Source: Eledone cirrhosa
Lineage: Eukaryota
DNA: 64,000 nt
NCBI GenBank assembly: GCA_964016885.1
Contig: OZ024742.1
Location: 69,564,001 to 69,628,000, forward strand
Direction: 5' to 3'
In this document: positions 13,793 to 26,889 of the stretch, one piece after another
Position numbering within the stretch: position 1 is the first letter of the stretch
Layout of the letters: each line of letters begins with the position of its first letter
Translations under genes and position numbers: made by a program
The notes under the pieces: generated by a model
What the model was told of the DNA's origin: nothing
Seen by the model: only the letters and a program-made list of their open reading frames with translations
Databases searched by the model: none

Positions 13793-14310
13793 CATACTAG
13801 CAGTGGTACCCGGCGTTGCACGGGATAAGGTATTGTGAAATATTTAAGCGCCTTAGCTAAGCTTAGTATTGCCACAGCCACGGCTGGCAAAGAAGTAAGG
13901 GTCTGGTGGTACGTAAGTAAGCAACACTGTGGCTTAAAACGTGAGGAAGAAGTTGTGTGCACTTACCAACTGTTTGGGTTATGAGAGTGAGATTTGTCTT
14001 GAGCAAGGGTGGCAGAATAACCGGAGCCAGCAGACAGCCAGACATACAGACAGATATTATAAGGGCGCGACGTTATATGTATGTATCTATCTAAAAAGAG
14101 AAAGACTAAGAATTATAGAGAGAGATCGCTAAATCGCTTAATGCGGTCCCTAGGGCATTGAAAATTTGAAATTTAATTTGCTCAGAACACTCCCTGAAAC
14201 ATAAGTATTATATGTGTAAAGTTTGAAAACAGTCGGTTGGGTGCTTCTCTAGTTTTAGGGATTCAAACTCACACACATACAGACAGACATCCTTAGTTTT
14301 ATATATATAG
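13793..14310 (+). mobile_element. Non-autonomous Helitron/Helentron-like element
   Basis: One end is ATACTAG..ACCCGGCGTTGCACGGG (hairpin); the other is (GACA)n..TTTTATATATATAG. A related terminus lies at 21877-21906. Confidence 0.55.
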
Positions 14311-14509
14311 ATATATATAATTATATATTCGTGTACAGATACTTTTGCATACACAATAACAAAACATAAACAAAAGTATTTATATCGCGAGAAAATATTG
14401 ATTTTCTTCGCACAGAATAAAACCCTGGTAATCTACGACGAATTTTTTTTATAATCAAAAAATGTAAACACCATCCCGTGGCCGAGGTATTTCGTACTTT
14501 TCTGTACTG

Positions 14510-14605
<96 letters not shown>

Positions 14606-14711
14606 ATAATAATAAAATTGGAGACTAAAATCCAAAGAGGGCTCGATAAGGAAAATATTTATCAAATATATAAGAACCGCAGAGCAAATATTTATTAAAA
14701 TAACAGATTAA

Positions 14712-14762
14712 AGTTTAAGCAAAGAATCGCTGCTTTCACCCTTAACGGGATCTTCTGAAACT
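14712..14762 (-). ncRNA. hammerhead ribozyme with CAGAAGA core
   Basis: Minus strand AGTTT-CAGAAGA-TCCCGTTAAGGGT-GAAA-GCA(GCGATTCTT)TGC-TT-AAACT. Confidence 0.65.
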
Positions 14763-17700
14763 AAACAAAGTCAATCTGTAAACGCAGAACTGGATATTTC
14801 AAAAAACGTTGCAACCGGAGGAAGACAGGAAGACGATACTTTGGTTCGTGGTAACGTTCGCTGGCAAAGAACGGGAAAAAACGAATAATACGTCATTAAT
14901 AGGAGCGGTGAAAAACAATTACGCGCAAAGACAGAACCACGTTTATGGTATAAAAGAGGTCGTAGACTAATGTTCTCTTAGGTGGTGCATAGAGACGTTC
15001 TCTGGCAATGAACGAAAAAACGAAGATAATAAGTCATATGTGGAGCGTGGAGAACAATAGCACGCAAAGACAAAACCACGTAAATGGTATAGCAGAAATC
15101 ATAGACTAAAATTCAAACTAGGAGACCAAATGAATCTCCGCTACAGAGTTAAGAACAAAGTAAATAAATACAATACAGAAGTAATAGAAACAGATAAATA
15201 CATACACGCAAACAGATACGTACATACACAAGCATACGCAAAACCTTACCATGGGTATACAAAACTACGCACATATAAATATGTGTGTGTGTGTATGCTT
15301 GTGTACAAATAAATAAATAATTATATAAAATTATATAAGTAAATAAATACGTATATAACAAGCGCACACGCGTACCTACATATAAATACACGAATGTTCG
15401 GAGACGTAATACAACTAAAACAAGAAGTACACATATACACACACCCACCATACGTACGAACCTGCACACTCACGCGGACGCAAAACTCCCGTATACACAT
15501 AGCCAAACCCTAAATACCAAAATATGTAAAGATTATACGCTATAACAGTCAAATATACGTACGAGAAGGTATACATACCTTCACAAAACATACGGGTAAT
15601 ATATACTTACCTATGCAAATAAGTAAAGGAATAAACAAAACATATACTTAGCTCCCACATCAAGACGTAAAATATCCACGTATAGATCGTGCTATCCGTT
15701 AGGGTATAACGTGGGGCTGTAATACAGGAAAGTTTTGTGCAATTTATGTTTACAAGCCGAAATTGCCTCAGATTTTTTGTTTAAGATGTGGTCTGTAGCG
15801 TAGAGTATTTCCAGGGCCTCAGCGGCGCAGAGGTCACATGGTCTTTTATTTCCGTTATACGATCTAGCCCTAGCTAGGATCTCCCAGTGTAACTTATATT
15901 GGGCGTGGTTGTCTTTTAGACTCCAGATATAAGCTGAAAGTGACGTCATATTCCTTCTTAGAGGGTAACGAAAAAGAATGGGTATGCAAGTAAAGACGCT
16001 GCTTGAAACTATTGGCGGTTAACCCTATGTAGGCCCTACGGGACGTGGGTGTTACAACCTTACATTTGTAGACAATGTTACTAGAGAAGCATTTCCCGGA
16101 TAGGGGGCAATCAGCCCGATTCCTACAATTACAGTTAGTACTAACTACAGGGTTGCACGTGTTCCTACGGCTAGGTAGTTTAGCTAAATTTGAAGCTGTG
16201 ATGTTATGTGCAAGGTTAGGAGTCGTAGAGTAAGAAATTTTAATAGTATTTTTATTAAAGATTTTACTATATTTATGTGTAGGGGGAAAATGCTTCGTAA
16301 TATTGAAAGAAAGATCTTAGCTAATGGTGTGGCCACCTCCATATTATATGGTGGGTTAAACCAACAAATGCGACGGGATCTATTTCTTCTAGGTCTATTT
16401 TCGTACTCTGTATATGCTACCTTATCGACAAATCCACTTCGAGCAAGAGCTTCATTGTAATAAGTGGAATGGTCGTTGAAAATGCGCTCGTTGGTGGAAA
16501 GACGGGAAAGCCTCAACGAAACGTTTCTTACCAGGTTCTTGGTTATGCTAGCAGGATGGTTGGAATGCTTACTTATGTAATTAAGCGTATCATTCGGCTT
16601 TCTATACGGGTAATACAACCCATTCAATAAATTGAGGGTAACGTCGAGGTAATTAACGACCGAGAGATTGGCCTCAACCTGTATAGAGAGGTTGAAGCCT
16701 TTAAAGAAGGCTGTGAGTTCTTTTCTGAACCTGTCGCAAGCACGAGGTCCGCACTTAGTCATGGTCAAAAGACCATCGTCACGGTACAAACCACCGCCCG
16801 CGTTGGGGAATTCGTCCTTGATAGAGAAAAGAAGGAAAAGGCCAATAAGATCAGTAACCTCCGCAGAGTCACTGGCGCCCATACTCACGTCGAATGGGGT
16901 ACTATTGGATTTTTTAATCCAAATAGAGTCGTCGAAATTAATCACCGACTTTCGGGCATTAAGGATGACATCAACTTCAAAATCCTTAACCACTGTGAGT
17001 GTTTTAGCGAAATTGATAGCTCTAAGGAGAAGTGGTAAAGTGATGGAGGAGTAGTAATTGTTGATGTCGAATTGGATAAAACGGCAATGTTCCTTGTTAC
17101 ATATGCCGTTGAACCAATCAATCACCGCGAAAGAATTGTTCCACAGTGCGAGAGGGGCCAAACTTCTAATTACAGGTAAAATTCTATCAAGAATCGTTTT
17201 ACTAAGTCTACCTAAATCGGACTTCGTAGGGTTAATAAGCCGAATAGAGGGGTTGTTCGGAAAATTGGATTTGTGATCCTTCAGGGTAAAGTGGGGAGAG
17301 ATAGGGTCCAGAGGTTCGGTCCGGTCCAGGATGTTGAGATCAGATGTGATTTTAAACCCAGCATCGTTGATTTCATTGATGACGCACCGATTAGTTTTAC
17401 GGTAATCCTTAGTTACAGCATTATGTAGTAGTTGATGGTAAGTACTGCGCTCCACTTGATATAGGTTGCCAGTTTTGTCGGAATGGACGTGCACGGCGTT
17501 AGAATCCTTAATAGAACGAATTCTATTCTTCAGGTCTTGCTGGAAGGAATTGCTCCTATTCCGAAATTTGATATTCCGAATGAGTTCCAAGACATCATTT
17601 TCGAAGGGTAGCAATGCTGGGTTCCACGGAGGGTTATTATAAGTTTTAAATCCAAATTTATCCTGTTTGTTGTCTGCTTTTCGCGGATTATCGAAATAAA

Positions 17701-17974
17701 AGGCACGCCAACGCAACCTTTTAATGAACGCGTCTGTTTTCTGTATCAGGAGTTTTAGGTATGTTTTCCTGCTTGGTACGGGTATGTTCTTTGTAGAAAT
17801 ATTCAGATGTTGTTTCTGCATGATGAATATAAGTCAGTAGAGTGCTCAACCGAAGGAACCAAATAGTAATAATAATAAAATTGAAGACTAAAATCCAAAG
17901 AGGGCTCGATAAGGAAAATATATATCAAATATATAAGAACCGTAGAGCAAATATTTATTAAAATAACAGATTAA

Positions 17975-18025
17975 AGTTTAAGCAAAGAATCGCTGCTTTC
18001 ACCATTAACGGGATCTTCTGAAACT
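17975..18025 (-). ncRNA. hammerhead ribozyme with CAGAAGA core (5' pLTR of copy A)
   Basis: As 14712-14762, with one stem II change. Confidence 0.6.
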
Positions 18026-18365
18026 AACAAAGTCAATCTGTAAACGCAGAACTGGATATTTCAAAAAACGTTGCAACCGGAGGAAGACAGAAAGACGATA
18101 CTTTGGTTCGTGGTAACGTTCGCTGGCAAAGAACGGGAAAAAACGAATAATACGTCATTAATAGGAGCGGTGAAAAACAATTACGCGCAAAGACAGAACC
18201 ACGTTTATGGTATAAAATAGGTCGTAGACTAATGTTCTCTTAGGTGGTGCATAGAGACGTTCTCTGGCAATGAACGAAAAAACGAAGATAATAAGTCATA
18301 TGTGGAGCGTGGAGAACAATAGCACGCAAAGGCAAAACCACGTAAATGGTATAGCAGAAATCATG

Positions 18366-21300
18366 CAGAAACAACATGCAGAAACATCATGCAGAAACAA
18401 CATCTGAATATTTCTACAAAGAACATACCCGTACCAAGCAGGAAAACATACCTAAAACTCCTGATACAGAAAACAGACGCGTTCATTAAAAGGTTGCGTT
18501 GGCGTGCCTTTTATTTCGATAATCCGCGAAAAGCAGACAACAAACAGGATAAATTTGGATTTAAAACTTATAATAACCCTCCGTGGAACCCAGCATTGCT
18601 ACCCTTCGAAAATGATGTCTTGGAACTCATTCGGAATATCAAATTTCGGAATAGGAGCAATTCCTTCCAGCAAGACCTGAAGAATAGAATTCGTTCTATT
18701 AAGGATTCTAACGCCGTGCACGTCCATTCCGACAAAACTGGCAACCTATATCAAGTGGAGCGCAGTACTTACCATCAACTACTACATAATGCTGTAACTA
18801 AGGATTACCGTAAAACTAATCGGTGCGTCATCAATGAAATCAACGATGCTGGGTTTAAAATCACATCTGATCTCAACATCCTGGACCGGACCGAACCTCT
18901 GGACCCTATCTCTCCCCACTTTACCCTGAAGGATCACAAATCCAATTTTCCGAACAACCCCTCTATTCGGCTTATTAACCCTACGAAGTCCGATTTAGGT
19001 AGACTTAGTAAAACGATTCTTGATAGAATTTTACCTGTAATTAGAAGTTTGGCCCCTCTCGCACTGTGGAACAATTCTTTCGCGGTGATTGATTGGTTCA
19101 ACGGCATATGTAACAAGGAACATTGCCGTTTTATCCAATTCGACATCAACAATTACTACTCCTCCATCACTTTACCACTTCTCCTTAGAGCTATCAATTT
19201 CGCTAAAACACTCACAGTGGTTAAGGATTTTGAAGTTGATGTCATCCTTAATGCCCGAAAGTCGGTGATTAATTTCGACGACTCTATTTGGATTAAAATC
19301 CAATAGTACCCCATTCGACGTGAGTATGGGCGCCAGTGACTCTGCGGAGGTTACTGATCTTATTGGCCTTTTCCTTCTTTTCTCTATCAAGGACGAATTC
19401 CCCAACGCGGGCGGTGGTTTGTACCGTGACGATGGTCTTTTGACCATGACTAAGTGCGGACCTCGTGCTTGCGACAGGTTCAGAAAAGAACTCACAGCCT
19501 TCTTTAAAGGCTTCAACCTCTCTATACAGGTTGAGGCCAATCTCTCGGTCGTTAATTACCTCGACGTTACCCTCAATTTATTGAATGGGTTGTATTACCC
19601 GTATAGAAAGCCGAATGATACGCTTAATTACATAAGTAAGCATTCCAACCATCCTGCTAGCATAACCAAGAACCTGGTAAGAAACGTTTCGTTGAGGCTT
19701 TCCCGTCTTTCCACCAACGAGCGCATTTTCAACGACCATTCCACTTATTACAATGAAGCTCTTGCTCGAAGTGGATTTGTCGATAAGGTAGCATATACAG
19801 AGTACGAAAATAGACCTAGAAGAAATAGATCCCGTCGCATTTGTTGGTTTAACCCACCATATAATATGGAGGTGGCCACACCATTAGCTAAGATCTTTCT
19901 TTCAATATTACGAAGCATTTTCCCCCTACACATAAATATAGTAAAATCTTTAATAAAAATACTATTAAAATTTCTTACTCTACGACTCCTAACCTTGCAC
20001 ATAACATCACAGCTTCAAATTTAGCTAAACTACCTAGCCGTAGGAACACGTGCAACCCTGTAGTTAGTACTAACTGTAATTGTAGGAATCGGGCTGATTG
20101 CCCCCTATCCGGGAAATGCCTCTCTGGTAACATTGTCTACAAATGTAAGGTTGTAACACCCACGTCCCGTAGGGCCTACATAGGGTTAACCGCCAAAAGT
20201 TTCAAGCAGCGTCTTTACTTGCATACCCATTCTTTTCGTTACCCTCTAAGAAGGAATATGACGTCACTTTCAGCTTATATCTGGAGTCTAAAAGACAACC
20301 ACACCCAATATAAGTTACACTGGGAGATCCTAGCTAGGGCTAGATCGTATAACGGAAATAAAAGACCATGTGACCTCTGCGCCGCTGAGGCCCTGGAAAT
20401 ACTCTACGCTACAGACCACATCTTAAACAAAAAATCTGAGGCAATTTCGGCTTGTAAACATAAATTGCACAAAACTTTCCTGTATTACAGCCCCACGTTA
20501 TACCCTAACGGATAGCACGATCTATACGTGGATATTTTACGTCTTGATGTGGGAGCTAAGTATATGTTTTGTTTATTCCTTTACTTATTTGCATAGGTAA
20601 GTATATATTACCCGTATGTTTTGTGAAGGTATGTATACCTTCTCGTACGTATATTTGACTGTTATAGCGTATAATCTTTACATATTTTGGTATTTAGGGT
20701 TTGGCTATGTGTATACGGGAGTTTTGCGTCCGCGTGAGTGTGCAGGTTCGTACGTATGGTGGGTGTGTGTATATGTGTACTTCTTGTTTTAGTTGACTTA
20801 CGTCTCCGAACATTCGTGTATTTATATGTAGGTATGCGTGTGCGCTTGTTATATACGTATTTATTTACTTATATAATTTTATATAATTATTTATTTATTT
20901 GTACACAAGCATACACACACATATTTATATGTGCGTAGTTTTGTATACCCATGGTAAGGTTTTGCGTATGCTTGTGTATGTACGTATCTGTTTGCGTGTA
21001 TGTATTTATTTGTTTCTATTACTTATGTATTGTATTTATTTACTTTGTTCTTAACTCTGTAGCGGAGATTCATTTGGTCTCCTAGTTAGAATTTTAGTCT
21101 ATGATTTCTGCTATACCATTTACGTGGTTTTGTCTTTGCGTGCTATTGTTCTCCACGCTCCACATATGACTTATTATCTTCGTTTTTTCGTTCATTGCCA
21201 GAGAACGTCTCTATGCACCACCTAAGAGAACATTAGTCTAAGACCTCTTTTATACCATAAACGTGGTTCTGTCTTTGCGCGTAATTGTTTTTCACCGCTC

Positions 21301-21506
21301 CTATTAATGACGTATTATTCGTTTTTTCCCGTTCTTTGCCAGCGAACGTTACCACGAACCAAAGTATCGTCTTCCTGTCTTCCTCCGGTTGCAACGTTTT
21401 TTGAAATATCCAGTTCTGCGTTTACAGATTGACTTTCTTAGTTTCAGAAGATCTTGTTAAGGGTGAAAGCAGCGATTCTTTGCTTAAACTTTAATCTGTT
21501 ATTTTA

Positions 21507-21512
<6 letters not shown>
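18366..21512 (+). mobile_element. Young Naiad-like PLE copy B (inverted relative to A)
   Basis: ORF pieces 18389-19306, 19320-20024 and 20219-20515 are nearly identical to A; the 3' pLTR ends in (TA)n. Confidence 0.93.
21440..21490 (+). ncRNA. hammerhead ribozyme with CAGAAGA core
   Basis: AGTTT-CAGAAGA-TCTTGTTAAGGGT-GAAA-GCA..TGC-TT-AAACT. Confidence 0.6.
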
Positions 21513-21554
<42 letters not shown>

Positions 21555-21603
21555 AAAGTTATAACGGTATGTCGAATCTATTTATCTATAAAACTTTATA
21601 TTG

Positions 21604-21669
21604 TATTTTGTCTGACGAAGGCATAGCATATTGTTAATATGATATCCCCGAAATATATATAATGAAATA
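21604..21669 (+). ncRNA. type I hammerhead ribozyme
   Basis: TATTTTGT-CTGACGA-AGGCATAGCATA..TATGATATCCCC-GAAA-TATATA-TA-ATGAAATA; family of 51695-51759; solo between (TA)n tracts. Confidence 0.75.
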
Positions 21670-21707
21670 AATATGGTTTTATAAATATAGTTTTCCATTT
21701 ATTTAAT

Positions 21708-21761
<54 letters not shown>

Positions 21762-22214
21762 TATATTCGTGTACAGATATTTGCATACACAATAACAAAA
21801 TATAAACAAACGTATTTATTTCACGAGGCTCGATAAGGATAAATATATATCACATATATAACAACCCTAGAGAAAATCCCGAGCAACACCGGGCCATTCT
21901 GCTAGTACTCTCTAAAACCATATTCCAAAAATAGAATTTCTTTTACAACCCTACTTTTGCCAATCCCATAGAATTTTCTCTAGCTTACAATTCCCCTCTT
22001 CACCACACCCATCTGAACTCTTGACCAGTCCATTAACACAATTGAGATACACACATATTTGCAGAATATCTCCCTACCCCTGAAAACAATTTTATTCTAT
22101 GTGAAAATCATACCTACCACCACTGCTGCTGCAAGGAAGTTGAAAAAAATATGAAAAAAACTTGCCTCAACATCATTAATTTTTAGTTCTTAATTCTTAT
22201 TAATACATTTTTAT

Positions 22215-22403
22215 TGTAATACTTGTTTCTACTTTAGGCACAAGGCCAGCAATTACCCAGTGCATTACTGGTACTTTATTTTATCGACCCCGTAAGGATG
22301 AAAGGCAAAGTCAACCTCGGCGGGATTTGAACTCAGATCGTAAAGGGACGTAACTATGCTTGAAAGCATGGCGTCCGACCCTCTACCGATAGTGCCAATC
22401 CAC
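22215..22403 (-). mobile_element. tRNA-derived SINE
   Basis: Reverse complement of the SINE consensus, with B-box-like GAGTTCAAATCCC. Confidence 0.85.
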
Positions 22404-22609
22404 ATTTGATAAGATCAATTTTACTAATGCATCGAAACCAAATACTTTATATACTTTATATACTTTATATACATTATAAAACTTTTTTAAAAAAGAATTG
22501 TCCCTCACATTTTTTCAATGATATCACTTTGACGAATCAAAGAAGGGATAAAAAAACAGAAAAAAAAACAGACACTTAACTATATTTTCGGTGCTATTTC
22601 CAATTTCAC

Positions 22610-22716
<107 letters not shown>

Positions 22717-23329
22717 CATTCCTACGCGCACACCAACCCACTAAAACTTCATTCTATTATGCATATTTCTTTAAATCGGTTATATATATATATATGCAAA
22801 TGTTTGCAATAACTACACATGCTGAATTTACTGTCCAAAATAGGGGTTTTCTCCCCTTAGAATCTCACATGTGCTTTCATAACCTGCGAGATTCTGGCGC
22901 AAGAAGAACAAAAACCTGTTGAGAAAGCGATGCCTTGTTCGGTCATTATACCAAAGAGTGCTTAATTCGTTTTGTGCGATTCTCGCTAAATAAATTTATA
23001 TTTGTATATATATATATATCAACAGATGTGAGAAAAACCACAGACCCTCCATCTCAACTGTACTTTTGAAAAGCAGAAGAACTGCGAAACCGGTAAAGGA
23101 ACCAAATAAATATATATATTTTTTAAAAAATAAGACTCCAGTTGCATTTTCGATTTCATCTTTTTTTCTTTATACTTTCACTCGTGTAGGACACCTCGGT
23201 TATTTTTCATTTTGTTAAAAAAAACCTCACTTTCTAATAATATATATATATATAGAGAGAGAGAGATTACTTCAACATTGTTCCTTGGAAAGATTCGTGC
23301 CTACCCTAGTTCAACTGACGAAACAATGT

Positions 23330-23827
23330 ACGATTGTCAGCAAGGAGACAGCCTGTTAAAGACACAGCAATAACCCACAAGAAACTGAATAATCATAGCT
23401 GGAATATATTTTATAGCATATCAGAAGCTAAATAACAAAAGCAACTTTACAATTTACATGTGCTAAGTGTTCTTTCTGTGACTTCGATTATTTTTTTCTC
23501 TTTATTTGATTTGATCCTGAATAATGAAATTGAGAATTGAGATATTTAATGCCTAGTATATAGAATAACGTCACCATAATCAATAGTGATATCAACTGCA
23601 AACTGATTCATCTACAGAAGAAATACGAAGAGCTACTGGATCAAGTTAACAAACACTTCTCCTGCTATTTAGTCACCCGGGCCTTGACCACACTCATCAC
23701 TGCCTGTGTACTAATCTACGTCATATTTGCAAGGAGTGAGGATGTTTATATTGTATTGTCAATGACAATATTCTCAGTGTTGTTGATGATCTTCATTCTC
23801 TACAGTGGTATCTGTATACAATTTGTG
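23330..23827 (+). pseudogene. Gustatory-receptor-like pseudogene fragment
   Basis: KLIHLQKKYEELLDQVNKHFSCYLV...GICIQFV|gtatgt is homologous to 39696 and 53247; stops and frameshifts upstream. The 5' limit is approximate. Confidence 0.75.
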
Positions 23828-23877
23828 GTATGTTGATCTAATTTATATTTACGTTCATACATGCATGCACACAGACA

Positions 23878-23920
<43 letters not shown>

Positions 23921-24244
23921 ACACACATTTATACTCTTTTACTCTTTTACCTGTTTCAGCCATCCGGCTGAGGCCATGCTGGGGCACCGCATATATATAT
24001 ATATACATAAAATTAAAAAGTGGAGTTAAAGACTCACAATCCTCTATAATTTAATGAGCTCAAGGTATAGATTCCGGGCTCTTTTTTAAATCAGTATATA
24101 GAGAGAAGTACACCTAGATATGTGTTAAATCATAGGGGGTTTAACACCACCAGACTGACGAACATATTAACTACGGAAGGAATGGTAAATACAAATCAAT
24201 TAAAAGAATATATTAAAGTGTACAAAACATCAAATTGTAACTAT

Positions 24245-24330
24245 AACATCCGGACATGCTCAAATTAGAGTATGTTTCACTATATCAAATGCAAGTTGCA
24301 TATTGTAGTTGTAGCTCATCTGCGGTTGCC
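24245..24330 (-). ncRNA. hammerhead ribozyme with CAGATGA core
   Basis: Minus strand GGCAACCG-CAGATGA-GCTA..TAGT-GAAA-CATACTC(TAATTT)GAGCATG-TC-CGGATGTT. Confidence 0.65.
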
Positions 24331-24910
24331 CTATCAATACGATCTTCACTTCTAAAAATATATTAGATAATTAAGAATACGCACATGGCATAGCGAAAGC
24401 ACGTACGTTTTATAGCCCAAGGTGGTGTCGAATAAACCATTTCTCTATATGCTGATTTATATATACTAGCAGAAAAACCACCCTTAGGGTGGTTTTCTGC
24501 TAGCATGTGTAGTGTGTATATTATATACGCAAGTATATATACATGTAGATATGATACATCAAATAAAATCGTAATTGACAATATAAACAGAAATTGAACG
24601 AAGACGTTGTTTCACTGTCTTATGTAATCAGTAACGTAATCCATGATACATTAAAAAAAAGACAATATTATATATAAACTGCATTAGGAGAAAATTAGTG
24701 ACAGAAAATTAGTATGTTTATTTAAGTGATCGCCACCGGAAGTGTTGACATCACACGCTCTTTCTTTCTATATATATATGGTGGCAACAATATACCGGAA
24801 TTGCAACTTTGAAAAGAAGTCAATTTTAAATTATTTATTTTTACGAATTTATTTATGTTTACGAAATTGAATAGATAAATTATGTAATATTCATTTATTA
24901 TTTATTCAAA

Positions 24911-25100
24911 GGGCGGTGGATTGGCAGTATCAGTAGAGGGTCGGACACCATGCTTTGCAGCATAGTTACGTCCCTTTACGGATTGAGTTCAAATCCCGCC
25001 GAGGTTAACTTTGCCTTTCATCCTTACGGGGTCGATAAAATAAAGTACCAGTAATACACTGGGATAATTGCTAGCCTTGTGCCAAAAATAGAAACAATTA
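24911..25100 (+). mobile_element. tRNA-derived SINE
   Basis: GGCGGTGGATTGGCAGTATC...GTTCAAATCCCGCC...AGAAACAATT. Confidence 0.85.
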
Positions 25101-25329
25101 TTTATTCAAAGTAATCCAACTTATTTTACTAACGGGATACCGACCCCCCCCCCTTTTCTAATGTCTCTCCTCCACTCCCCAACACACCCTCGGAACTCTC
25201 TTCCCACACACTTTTCGCCTGAAGAAAGACTTATGCCCGAAACGTCGCCCCCCTCCACCCCAAACTCTCAAGAGCGTGAAACTAATAAACCTTTGTTCGT
25301 ACTGCCTCTCTGTTTTGTTCCCGTTCCAT

Positions 25330-25860
25330 TTTTCACTATATATATATATATTTATACTTGGGGAGGGTCATATTTGTGTAATATTGCCAGAATTAATAAC
25401 AGAACACACTCACTTTTTGGTTGGTTTTCGCTTTTCGCTTCTGTGTCTTTTATATCGGCAATCTAATTCATTCGGTCCTCAATGTTGCCATTGACTGACC
25501 AACGGTAAAAAATACAGATACAATATAGACACAAACACTTTTATATAGTCTATCAAAGTTCTTTCGTTGCACATCTGCAACATCGTCAGTGATGCTATTG
25601 TTTCCTCCCGTTGCATCGTATGTCTACGCCATCTTTATTTAGTCTGTTCATATATCTATTTATTTGATGTTGTTTTTTGTTTTTGTTTTTGTTTTTTTGT
25701 CTTCTTTGCGCATGCGTTTGCGTGTGTGTATAGTGTTTTGTTTGATGTGTCTTCGTGTTCGGGTGACTCTGTATTGGTTAATTTATTCTATCTTAACTAG
25801 TGTGTGTTTATATGTGTTTGTTGTTATTGTGCGTGTGTATGTATTTATTTATTTATCTAT

Positions 25861-25895
<35 letters not shown>

Positions 25896-26640
25896 TACTT
25901 CTCTTGGGTCAGTGTTGTTTGCTTGGGAGTTGTTGTTATTCCATTCATTTTTTCTGTTTAGCCTTGGCCTTCTAAGTTCTATTTCACTGGCCTCTCTGAT
26001 TTGCCTATCTGCTGGGTCATTTCTATGTTTAGATATTATTCTAATTTCTATGTTGTCTATGTTACCGTTGTCTGGCATGTTCGTATAGTACTGAACCGTT
26101 TTTTTCGTCCTTTTAGTTCCCCCCAAGTGTTGGTCTATCCTTTCACCTATGCTACGAGCTGTCTCGCCTATGTATGTTGCTGTCATGTTTCTGCAAGTAC
26201 CCTCTGTACATCTTATGCTATAGACTACGTTTCTAGTTTTACAGTTTATCCGGGGGTTTACTTTACATACGATACATTTCCTATTAGTACAGTGGGTTTT
26301 CTTAAAAGGGTAGGTTTTGCTGATCAGGGATTTTATGGTGGTTCCTGGCTTTTCTACCACCTTAATCATTAAGTGGGTCTTTCTCGGGGCCTTTCTACAC
26401 TGGTTAGCTAATTTCCCTCCAGGGGTAGCGTCCACAAACATGACACTCTGGTATCTCTGGTTGGTGTACCATGAGGTGGCTTTCCCTATCTCATTTCTAG
26501 CCCTATCTAAGCTATTCCATGATTTGCTCCTGTATAATGGGCAAATTCCTTTCATGTCCAGTTCTATGAAGGTCTTATACTTCTCCGTGGCTCTTATACT
26601 TCTCTGATTCTTATACTTCTCTGATTCTGTCTCTTTGGTT
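25330..26640 (-). mobile_element. 5'-truncated non-Naiad PLE (CxxC knuckle plus GIY-YIG) with 3' pLTR
   Basis: ORF 25893-26555: CIVC..CKTRNVVYSIRC..YIGETARSIGERIDQH..EASEI..P.LN; HHR at 25552. Confidence 0.85.
25552..25593 (-). ncRNA. minimal type I hammerhead ribozyme
   Basis: Minus strand ATCA-CTGACGA-TGTTGCA(GATG)TGCAAC-GAAA-GAAC-TT-TGAT. Confidence 0.8.
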
Positions 26641-26819
26641 AATAGTATATATATTAATAATATTGGTTAATAATATATATATTAATAATTGTTTCTGCTT
26701 TAGGCACAAGGCCAGCAATAACCCAGTGCATTACTGGTACTTTATTTTATCTGGTTAATAATATATATATTATTCAAAATATTAACAAATGAAAGATATT
26801 CACATAATCAAAATATTGG

Positions 26820-26889
<70 letters not shown>

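Larger units (their letters stand above)
14603..18365 (-). mobile_element. Young Naiad-like PLE copy A, full length with direct pseudo-LTRs
   Basis: ORF 17821-15692 with two 1-nt frameshifts (YRDD RT, CNCRNRADCPL, YIG). pLTRs at 14603-15105 and 17863-18365 are direct repeats; the 3' end is in (TA)n. Confidence 0.93.

Noticed and set aside
16206-17276. Antisense ORFs repeated in PLE copies A, B and C
   Set aside because: Shadow ORFs of the RT gene, conserved only because the copies are nearly identical.
15692-20515. Selenocysteine recoding, reported for some Naiad elements
   Set aside because: Conserved Cys positions are TGT/TGC in the copies read; no in-frame TGA at these sites.
25217-25248. 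CTGAAGA..GAAACGTC motif
   Set aside because: Stems I and II pair too poorly to call.
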